Source: Paraspadella gotoi
Lineage: Eukaryota; Animalia; Chaetognatha
Direction: 5' to 3'
Length of the DNA: 64,000 nucleotides
NCBI GenBank assembly: GCA_051294375.1
Contig: CM119267.1
Location: forward strand, 3,032,297-3,096,296
Shown: piece after piece, positions 53,754 through 64,000 of the stretch
Numbering within the stretch: the stretch's first letter is position 1
Layout of the letters: each line of letters opens with the position of its first letter
Position numbers and translations under genes: made by a program
The notes under the pieces: model-generated
Database searches by the model: none
Told to the model about the DNA's origin: nothing
Seen by the model: only the letters and a program-made list of their open reading frames with translations

Positions 53754-54225
53754 TTATTTCTCTTCTCTCTCGGCGATTTCGTGGACAACGTCGAGATTGT
53801 CCGAGACGTTTGCCAGAAATTTGAGAAAAAAACTCTAAGACTTCAAGGTGAAGATGATTTTTTTTATCGAATATTCTTTACAATCTCTTTTTTTTTTGCA
53901 CATTAAATGCCGACGAGAAATACTAGATAAAAAATTCAAAATTATTCAATAAATAAGCTATCTTGCCTCGTAACTTTTTACAGGTCATCAAATCTGATTC
54001 AATCATTTTTACTTGTTCATTTAAAAATAGATTTAATTTAAATTCTGACAAATACACTCTTGTAACTTCATTCTCTCGCTCCTCTTCTCCCCACCAGCTT
54101 TTGATGGAGTCGTGGAACTGGCGCTTGGTCCTCGCGACAGATGCAGCGTCTTGCTGGAGCCAGGAGGCCTTTTCGAAGTCAGCGTCGTGGAGAACAGCCA
54201 AAAAAAAGTCAGTTCCGAATTTCAT
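53754..54225 (-). CDS. Hypothetical small two-exon protein (possible secreted peptide precursor)
   Basis: aacaATG start gives MKFGTDFFLAVL...ARTKRQFHDSIKSWWGEEERENEVTR, with a possible phase-0 splice to SFFLKFLANVSDNLDVVHEIAEREEK*. Both parts are GC-rich islands in AT-rich DNA; no homology recognised. Confidence 0.3.
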
Positions 54226-55815
54226 TGTTATTGTCTTAATGACGATCGATGTTCATTGTCTACTAATGTACTAGTAATTATGTTGCGTCTTTTATTTCTT
54301 AGTTATGAAAATTTGAAAAAATTAATTGTTTCACTCGTTTCTATTTTTATATTTTGAAAAGGCTTTACTATTTAATTTATATTATCTTATTGTTATACGT
54401 AACTTTTTAGAGCAGGCATTGGTGCTGTAGGCAAGGCCTTCCTCCTGACCCCAAGAGTTGGGTTGGCCCCTTCCCTACCCCCCTTTGCCGCTTTACAATC
54501 ATGTGGGGTGGATCGGTTTTTTTTTTAACCCCTCCATTATAGATAGCGTAGTGGTTCACTTTGAACGATCCAATGCTCAGGAAACGTTTAAATTAGCGTT
54601 CAATAAGGAAGGAAGACGTTTACTTGAATATAGTCAAACCAATCGATAACTCGATACATACATGTCTCCGTCTGACCCAAAGTTGGTACTCGATCGCATT
54701 ATTTTTATTATCCATTAAAACTAGTCATAAAACATTTGAGGAGTGATCGTTTTGAAACACAACCGCGAGAGTTTTCCCGCAGTTTTCCAGCAGTTTTCCA
54801 GCAGTTTTCCCGCAGTGAGCTCGAGCCGACGCCGCGTGGTACAACCCAACTCAGAAAAAAAAAGGAAACCTAAAAAAAAAAAACCATAATGGATTTCAAA
54901 CATTGAATTTCTTGTTTTTCTTGAGAAAACAGTGGGTAATTCGCTACGATAATAAAAAGTAATTTCGTGACCCCCGGTGAGGGGGGAGCAAAAGGTGACG
55001 ATTTTGCGATAGTCGAGTTAATGAATTAGGCTTTTTTTTTTTTTAAATGTTTATGCTCGACGAAACATTCATTTATCGTAACAGTTTAAACAAGAGTCGG
55101 CGTTCGTTGTAGACCGTCTCGACTGTGTTAGCTCTTGGCTTTACTTCCTTCGTTGAAGAATTCGACGAGCATGAGGAAAGGTCTTCTTTTTTTAACTGGT
55201 TTTGGTTCTTTGGACTATTTCCCTCTTTTTAAATTTTGGGGAAAATATCATTTACAATAGGGACCTTTGAGTAACAAACTTTTGCTCTTTTTTTTTCCGC
55301 CGAAACATGTCCGCTTCTATGTCAATTCGTTGCAAAAATCAAAACTTTGCTATTCTCTAACAAATTTAAACAACGAAAAAGAAAGTATTAAATACACTAT
55401 GATTATAAGATTAAATTGCCAAAAAGTAGTTCGTTTAGTTTTTTACTTTTGTTTTATTTACAATGGAGACTTTCTATTTAGTTTTCAAAAAATGCCGCCA
55501 AATGGTTAATAAAATAAAGATTGGCGCCAAATAATTTGAATAGTAATTGTCGTTCTCACTAAAGTCTAGCTTTTTTCACATTAGAGTACTGAGTGCTAAG
55601 CTCTAAAGAATATAAAATTGGGTCTTTAGCCAAGTAGCGATTAATTAACGTTTCTCGCTCAGTTAATTTTTTTTTCCCCAAACTTTAAAAAAAAGTCGCC
55701 GCCTTTGTTCTTTTGGCCTCTTTTTTTTTTTAAATCGTGTTTATTTTTGCCTGGATAATTCTTTAATTAATCCTCAATCTCGTTTTCATCTCCCGCTGCC
55801 GCCGCCGCCGCGCAG

Positions 55816-56015
55816 AACGAGTCGATGCGGCTGAAGATCTTCGACGAGATCGTACAGCGTCGGGCGTCGCGATGGCGCCACTGCGACTTCGACAGCCTGC
55901 GTCGCCTAAAGTCGCTCCCGCCTTGTCGCCCGCTCATGAAGAGGCTGGAGATTCGTGGGGGCGCGAGCTACACCAAAGTCGTTTACCAAACTCCGTACTC
56001 GACCAAACTCGCCAG
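55816..56015 (+). CDS. Orphan exon of an unidentified gene
   Basis: 200-bp GC-rich block between a cgcag acceptor and a cag|gtatc donor, with two open frames and no family recognised. Confidence 0.3.
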
Positions 56016-56089
56016 GTATCTTTTTTGTGTTTTAATTTGATTGGTGATTATTGGTCGCTCCTAAATACTTTCTTTCTTTTCTTTCCTTT

Positions 56090-56515
56090 TTTTAGTTGCG
56101 CCGCGAGTACTCGCTGAGCAACTCTCTAAGTCATTATTCGGTCGGTCTGTCGGTATGTCTGTCCGTCGGTCTGTCCCACTTACATTGAAAACGCTTATAA
56201 CTTGCTTATAGTTTGTTGCTCATTTGTTAAAACAGGAAAAAACCTCAAAACTAAGGGACTACTAGCGCCTTCTTTTGTTTTTAAAGAAATCTTATAAACT
56301 ATAAGGAATAAAAGAAGTGATTACAATGTAAAGCGTGTCGTATTTACACGGAAATACAAGGGATAAGAAAGTAAAAATAAAAGTAATGCGGCGCAATACC
56401 TCGGAATAACCCGTTCCTTGTTTTTTTAAATACTCTCTGTTGTTTTTTTTTCTTTTAAGCCAAAAAGTAATTAACAAGAGTGACACGAAGCGGGACTAGT
56501 TGTCCGCGGTGTTTA
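56090..56515 (+). mobile_element. Non-autonomous Helentron/HINE (DINE-1-like) element
   Basis: T-run start, 5' palindromes (agttgc...gcaact, gcgagtactcgc), a (GTCY)-type microsatellite cggtcggtctgtc..., and a 3' hairpin gcgggactagttgtccgc followed by ggtgttt. Confidence 0.5.
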
Positions 56516-56551
56516 TTACATTTAAAAACATATTTTTGTCTCACTCCAAAA

Positions 56552-56603
<52 letters not shown>

Positions 56604-57549
56604 TTAATCGAAATTGTTAAAAGCGTAAAATTGACGAGATAATTCGAGGCCGACCGAAGACAAACTTGCCCCACTTATCGAATTATGAAGCACCACTTGT
56701 TTTCGATTATAATTATTCCCTTTTAATAATTGGTTTCGCTAATTACGTACGATAAAAGAGAGAATCGCGTTTACTTCTTTCCATATCTGTCATCTTAATG
56801 TCCTCGAATATTCTCAAAAACTTTGCCCCAGATTAAAAACTAATCTTTTTCCGTTACCTTACCTTCGGAGTCAGGCGACCTTAGAAAATGGTTCGTGCTT
56901 TTTTTTCCCCCCGGAAATTATTTGGGAAATTTTGTCGTCGTCGTTGGCTCTATCTTTTAAGATAATTAGTTTTAACGTTAGTAACTGAAAAATATAGTAT
57001 ACATATGACACTTTCTTACATCTCCCTGCCGTTCATATGCTGATACGTAATTTGCCAATAAGTATGATACTTTTAATACTTAGGGTTATAGCGTTTAACC
57101 GCATAAAAAAAAAGACGATACTTTAAAAGATTTTGTATTGAAAAAACGTCGTGGTCCATTGGACCACTTCTTAAAGTTTTAATTCACCGCGTCATGTCAG
57201 TAAATATCCATGAAATCCAATTTGGTTCTTACAAATCACTTCGTTGTTGTACGAATCGCGTGTCAGTACACGTAATCGTTTTTCACTACGTCGCCGTCTT
57301 TTTTTATCACTCTCAACGTTTTTGTGACATTCGTAAGGTTTTATCATTTCTCTTGCCTTCTCATCTCTCATCCTCTTTCAAATCCCACGGGCGTCGAAAA
57401 CTTGAATCGAATCGTAAAAGTTAATTGTCGCGCATCGAAGAAATTAGGAAATGGGAAAGAATTTATTTGGAGGAATATCGCGAATCAAATCTTCGAGATA
57501 AAATACAGGGTTTTAATTGTACTAGTACTATTACTCGGGCAGGGAATGT

Positions 57550-57606
<57 letters not shown>

Positions 57607-59632
57607 TAACAGAAAGAACATTTTTCGTCAAACAGGCTGACGATAAATTCACGGATCTCGTCGCGACTAATGTTACAACGCGTCGTGAGTAACAAGACAG
57701 GTAGTATTCAGTGAATAACTCTCTCTCTAACTCTTAAATCACCGATTCTAATTGTGGCGCAAATTAAATTTAGAACTGCGAAGGTTTTCGACGCCGGTCT
57801 CATCTTTGGTCGTTGAGTGTGAACACGTCAACCACAATCTCGCTTCCCACGTTGCTTCATCCCGATGGTGAGAGAGAGAGAGAGAGAGAGAGATGAGAGA
57901 ACATTGAACATTTATCTGAGTGGGGCTTTAGGCACTAATGATGAGAGAGAGAGGAGAGAGAAGAGAGAGAGAGAGAGAGAAAATAAGGATGGCCTTTTTT
58001 GTTCCGGTTAGACGTGTCTTTTTATCTCAACGACTCATCGTATCTCAAGAAAGATGAGCAGATTTACAAAGTTTTCCGTTTCGTTGTGGAGTGGCCCGAG
58101 GACGGACAGAAGTTCACTTGTCATTACGGAACGGAGGTATCTTGACATTTTAACGCGATTCCTCAAGAAAATATAATAATAATTTAATATTAATAATTAT
58201 GCGTGCCATTTTCTTAATTAATTATATTTGAGATTTTTTTCTTTTTTAAGTTAAGGTATGTATTTTGTAAGAGGGTTGGATCCCTTAACCCACCCGAAAC
58301 TGACGCAAAGTCAGCAGTCAAGATCGCTGTATTAATTAAATAGATAATTTCGATATCGGTTGTACTAATTTAATTCGAACGCATATTTCTAAATTCTAAA
58401 TTCGCGATTTTGTAAAATCCCAGATTCTCTCAAGTCGATTGATACGGCCTCTACAAAGCAATGTCAAAGCGATTATATCGCGTTAGAATTGAGAGAAAAC
58501 GGTTTCTTGTTTGGTTACGGCTGGAGAAGCTAAATCTCTGTTACGTTTTGAAGTGAGATGTAATATATTTGGACGGGATCGGTTTTAAAACGAGTTGGAA
58601 CTGTACTTCGTTTGCTTGTAATTTTTAATGTAATTTGTAAATATAAAAAAAATGCATATTTTTAGAGTGTAAGTCTACTTCTCATGGATAAAGGTATAAA
58701 ATTAAATACATCCCTACCCTACGTTAGCACCTCCAAAGTCCAACCACGAAATTTTATTGAAATTTTTCAAAAAATGAAGAGTTTCAGTTTCTCAATCGAT
58801 TGCACTCCTTGCCTTCTCCAAAATTCCTTACCTTCCCCCCTCCCCTTAAGCTCTTCCCATCACCGGTCGCACAGTCGTCCTCTAATGCCTCCGTCCGCTC
58901 TCGACATTTCCCGTCCCGATCGTCTTCAAGTCAACCCTCGGCCTCACGGACTCCTATTGATTTTCGTCCGCGCCACCGCCATTTATAAAAACCTCCAGTC
59001 TCTACCAAGCGGCCGTCAAGCTTTCCTCGACGTCTTCCGACGATTTCCGGACGTCTGGATCAAGCAGGTTGCCGCGGAAAACCGGGAAGGGGGGGGGTTG
59101 TCGGAATGGTGACCAAAGAAGACCCTTTTTTTTTCTTTTGCAGAGCTGGCCTAGCGAGTTTGACAGATAACGTAAGCTAACGGATTTTTCCTAATTACTT
59201 TTCACGTTGGAAACTTTTTGAAAATTTTTGATAAGTAACACAACCTGTCAATCCGCTTGCCCTTAGATTTTCTTTCTTACTTTTATTTCAACTCACGACT
59301 TTTGACTTTTCTTTTTTTTTTTTTAATCTTTCTTTTTCTCCCGCATTTTAAAAAAGTCTTAATTTTTGGATCGAGTTTCGATCGAGAGTCAAAAACATCG
59401 AAAAATCGACGTCCTGTCGAGTCGCCTTCGATCCCACGATTGACGGTCTCGATCCGCCCCCGAGAGATCTATTTTCAGATCGACGGCGCTGAGTTGCGGC
59501 GCTGAGTCGAGGATTGGCGTAGTGGATTTTTAAACTCGAGTTCGAGGCCTGCCGCTGATCGCTAGAGTTTACTGTCTCTTTTTTTTTTTTTACAAATATT
59601 TTTTATTTATTTAATCATTTAATAATTCCAAA

Positions 59633-60570
59633 TACCATGATGGAAAACAAATTGTCGCGGTTTGAAAAAGTCGGTTAATTTTATTGTCAAATATATTTTT
59701 TGGCCCGTTAATAGGTTTTAATATATAATATAACCTCCCTAGGACTTAATAAAAGAATTATTTCTCAACAGCATAAAATTATTTAATGCATTCAAATACT
59801 TCCAAAAGAGGTTGTCTCCAACTGCTTTCACCTCTTTTTGATCAAGAGGACTATTTCCATTATTGTTAATATTATATCTCTGACATAATATTTTTTATCA
59901 GATTTAGGGCAAAAAATGGTCCTTAACAAGCAGTGAAAAAGATTGATCCTCTATAAAGTAAACCAGGCTTGAGTTGCTGCTTCATAATGTGATGATTTTA
60001 ACAGAATTTTGATTTTTCTTTTTTTTGGACTTGTTTGATATTTGGTTCTGATAATACATCCAGAGGTAAATGAAAATGATAACTTTGCTCATAGAAAGGT
60101 TACCCAGAGCCTTATAACTTTTATATGAACTTTATAATATAGAAAAAAAATATTCTGGAGCATTTACAGCATTGTATTTTTAATACCGCTCTTTTTTGGA
60201 TATAAGAATTAAGATTCACAATTGAATCTATCCTCATGAAGATGATGCAATAACCATTTGACATGAGACTGAGAAAAGGCAGGGATTTTTAATAGTTTTT
60301 AAAAAGTAATAAAAAAGAACTGGAAATTAGTATAAATAAAAAGTGTAGATATTAAAAAGATAAAAAAGAAGGAAAGGCATTTCTTTTTTTGGACAACTCA
60401 TTTTCTTTTGCATGGGACTCTTGTATTTTTTTCATAAATGAGACACAGCTCATGTGAATCACAAGAGGCCAAAGTTTCTTGATATCTAAATTTTATTTTT
60501 CGATTCTTACATTAAAATGCCGAAAAATAGCTGGAAAGTAACCGCGACAATTTTTTTTCCCATCATGGTA
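59633..60570. mobile_element. MITE / non-autonomous DNA transposon with ~30-bp terminal inverted repeats
   Basis: Left end taccatgatggaaaacaaattgtcgcggtt and right end aaccgcgacaattttttttcccatcatggta. The interior is AT-rich and non-coding, and the terminal TA may be a target-site duplication. Confidence 0.7.
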
Positions 60571-60789
60571 GGGTTATACTCGCACGCCAAAAATCACTTT
60601 TAATTCTTTTAACGTCATTTATCCCTGACAACCTTGTATTCAATCCGTGAAAGAAAAAAATTCGAACTGAGCAGTCAACTAACAAAGATCGAAACTAGAG
60701 TAACGGGGATGTTAAATTGTGAATTTTTTTAAAATCGAAACCAAGAGAAGCAGATGATGGCAACAAAGAGAAAAGAAACACACACACAC

Positions 60790-60836
<47 letters not shown>

Positions 60837-61668
60837 TCTAAATCGAAGTTATCGTGTTAAATGAGGCTTAAATAGATTTGCCCTTCGGCGTCTTTATTTT
60901 ACGAGGATATGTCGTCATCGCTTTAGATTATTTTAATTTAATTCGTTCAACTGCTCATTTGAGCCTAGGACGATTGTCTATAGTTTATCCAATGTTTAAA
61001 AAAAAAAAGAAATGGACTAACGTCTGAAGAATAAATTAAATGTTTTAAAACCCATATTAATATTTAAATTTTAAAAAGCGTCTCGCTCTGTTCCTTCCCA
61101 AAGTGAAAATTTTAGCTTACTGTTTTTCTTAAGAAAAAAAAATTTCTATCAAAAAATTACCGTATGGAGTTTTTTTTCTCGTTTTATTTTTTTACTTAGT
61201 GTACATATTTGTTGTCTTAGTACGTATCACTTTACATCTCTTTTGTGTATCATCTGCACCTTTTACGCCGAACGAAGCACTAAACTCCTACAAGTTCTCG
61301 CCTTGCTGGTTTGCATAAAGAAAGTGGTCTGGGCGTAGCGGGGCAGTGCCGCTCTCAGCTCTTTAAATAAATATAAATATATAAACATAAACTTTAAACT
61401 GTCTGTTCATTGTTCAGCGGACAGTGAATCGAGAATCGTCTGCCAAATCGGCCCCTTTTCCGACTTCTTTGTTTTTGACTTTAGCTTTATGATGGCCATT
61501 TTTCATATTATTTTTATTTGTATGCGCTGATGAAGGTTTGAAAATAATCCGAAACATATCGTTATTCAATGAAAATAAAAACTCTGCTACTTTGTATACT
61601 AATTATTCAATATTCATATTATATTTTAATATATTTTGAAAAAAAAATATTAACCTTTTTTCCGCCAG

Positions 61669-62033
61669 AACTGACGGACTGCACGACCATAAAGCGAGCC
61701 TCAATTGCGCCCCGCTCTTTCGGACCTCTGCGCCGAGTGCCCGAATCTCTTCCACCCCTGCCGACACCCCCAATGCCCCGTCAACACCTCTCCAAATCAT
61801 TCTCCTCCTTCGCGGTCCTCGACGTGGCAGAGTCCGAGGTCGACGTCATCACGAGACTCCTTCGTCGCGACGGCATCGTCGTCGACGGCGTCTCTAGCGA
61901 AACAAAAGACTCGGATGAGGAAATTGGTTCGCGAGCTTCGTCGACAGAGGCGCGATCGTCCTCGATTCGAAAACAAAAGACGTATGAAAATTCGACGTCG
62001 CGAGTCGATATTCCGAGAACGACTACGTTGTGA
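61669..62033 (+). CDS. Probable terminal exon of an unidentified gene
   Basis: ttttttccgccag acceptor, a GC-rich open frame (LTDCTTIKRASIAPRSF...IPRTTTL*) and AATAAA at ~62128. No homology recognised. Confidence 0.3.
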
Positions 62034-62423
62034 CGCCTCGAATCGTACGAGATATTAGGATAATCACGTTCTGGCTTATCTCTTCCCTCTTTGACGTTTT
62101 TGTCACGTTTGTTAGTAACACCGTATCAATAAAAATACATACGTATTTGTTGATAATTGCCTGCTTCAATCATTTCAGTGTAATATACAGCAATCGATAG
62201 CCAGAACTGGAATCTGTGATTTTTTTCTCGGTGTTCTGACGCCGCAGAGAATGACATGAAATCATGTCGACATCTAATGTTAGTCACTTGTCTATATACT
62301 TACTAACTATCCAGTCCAGCAGTTTAAAAAAAAATTGATCAACAATTTGAAATACAAAAGGAAACAATTGTTTAGAATATAAACCTCGAACCGAATATCA
62401 TTTTTTCGAAACAATTTTCAAAA

Positions 62424-63800
62424 TCAATAAGGTTTAAACATATCCCTCCTCCTATTATCTTGCTCCTTGGACACCGAATAAGGGTAACGCAATTCTGGCT
62501 TGGTCACTTCGTCGAGACGCGCCATCTCTCCGCCGTCCGCCCACCCCGCGCGCCCGCGGCCAAAGGATTGTTATCACCCAGACTGTTCCACTCTTGCCAG
62601 TGGCCGCCAGACCGAATCACCGAGGAGACTAGATCCTTTTGGATCAGCCAACGGAGAGCGATCTGCGTATTTTGTACACACTGTACTCTGTACACACTAC
62701 ACAGTACACACAGTACACAGGTCACGATCACATGCACAATGTGCACAATTGCACATTCGATTGACTTAATTATTTATTATCCAGAAATAATAATAATAAT
62801 AAAAAACGTTTTAATCCCTACTTGTCCCATGGGTTTGTTGTGAGCTTGAGCTACTTTATTTAGTTCGTCCAGAATTTGCCATGTTTTTTCAGTAACAACA
62901 GGTAGTACCTATGACGAAAGTGCAGTGTTAAAATTTGAGTGATCATGGGTGATAAATTAATTATGGACTACTATATAACTATATAACTAAAGTTTTGAGC
63001 GTTTTAAAACTAGTTTTCGTTGGGTAAGGCTTTTCCGTAAATGAGCACCGCAATGCTAGTGGGAAATCGGGTTAAAACGCTTTATCTTTAGAAAAAAAGT
63101 ATTGGTTAATAGTAGGTTAAAGCCCAGTTAAAACGGTAATGTATTCTCATTAATGGATTTTTACATTGTCAAATGTCTATGCTTGCGAACATATGCTAAA
63201 CACTATATGATGATGAGACCTATAAACATTGCATTAGGGGCAGTAAATTAAGAATAAAATTAACGTAACAACACATTTAAGATTTAAGCAAATTTCATTT
63301 TAATATTAAATAGGTAAGACTGACCTAAAATAAATATTTAATTATAAAACGAGAGATGTGAGAGAAGGTAGAAGGTAGAGAGCATGGTAGGGATATTCGG
63401 GCGTGTGGATTTACCACTGGTTCGTCGATGTGGTGTGTTATCTGCTAGCCAACTATTAATCTTAATATTTTTCATCTATTTTATTTAATTATTAAGCTAT
63501 CACAAGACTACAAATGACTAGTATGACACAAACGACAAACGCCCCAAAAAGGTCGAGAGTAACTTGAATGTAAACAACTGATTTTTGCAATAGCAGGCCA
63601 TGTATGTACATTTACCTCTCGGTAGTGAGTCAAATTTGTTGAAGCCCAATTCTTGCTCTGGTGCCCGCTGGAGTCTCTTTGCTCTTTTGTAGCTCTATCC
63701 GGTCCAGCCACGCCCACCCTTGAGTTGGACTCCCATATGTCAGTTGGGACCCCAAGCCTTTTTCCCCTGGCAAACGTCCGTCAGCCGTAGTACAAGGGAA
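62424..63800 (-). CDS. Aldo-keto reductase, 3' exons (frameshifted in this assembly); the 5' part lies beyond the window
   Basis: Exon ~62908-62822 (TEKTWQILDELNKVAQAHNKPMGQ) splices to exon 62662-62424 (IALRWLIQKDLVSSVI...EMARLDEVTKPELRYPY, across frameshifts). A degraded upstream exon is at ~63620-63790. Confidence 0.75.
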
Positions 63801-64000
63801 GATTCCCGAATGTTGCTAAAAAATAAAAGAATGATTAGAACCTTTCTGAATGTTTTTATTAAAACATGTTTCTTTTTGTTTCTTTTCAGAAAGAAAAAAA
63901 TCTTAAAAAAAGTAACGATAAATTATTTATTAACTAATTTCTAGAATTCACATTTACAAGATTTTTTTTTATATCCATTCTCTGCAAACGGTAACGTGAG

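Noticed and set aside
56096-56117. Short terminal exon following 55816-56015
   Set aside because: The apparent ttttag acceptor coincides with the 5' end of the HINE-like element.

Overview
Animal (probably bilaterian invertebrate) genomic DNA from a draft assembly. It is rich in (GA)n/(GAC)n microsatellites, has five N-gaps and includes some indel-rich, long-read-quality stretches. There are no prokaryotic features. All gene models were built by hand from translation and splice phases. The main gene is a spliced Hand bHLH transcription factor on the minus strand (~20.7-38.4 kb), with about 20 kb of apparently non-coding sequence downstream. Its predicted product is unusually long (~676 aa) because a 320-aa His/Pro/acidic exon follows the motif that normally ends Hand proteins. 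Its 3' UTR carries an 11-nt match to miR-1. A Hand-like exon candidate lies on the opposite strand between two inverted 18-bp minisatellite arrays; this is either a mis-oriented contig or a genuinely invertible or skippable exon. About 6.9 kb of the Hand 3' region is tandemly duplicated, and the second copy is error-ridden and probably an assembly artefact. To the right are an intronless NBR1-like autophagy receptor lacking the FW domain, a striatin gene, a FAM221A gene with Gly/RGG-rich extensions at both ends, orphan exons, non-autonomous transposons and the 3' part of an aldo-keto reductase gene.
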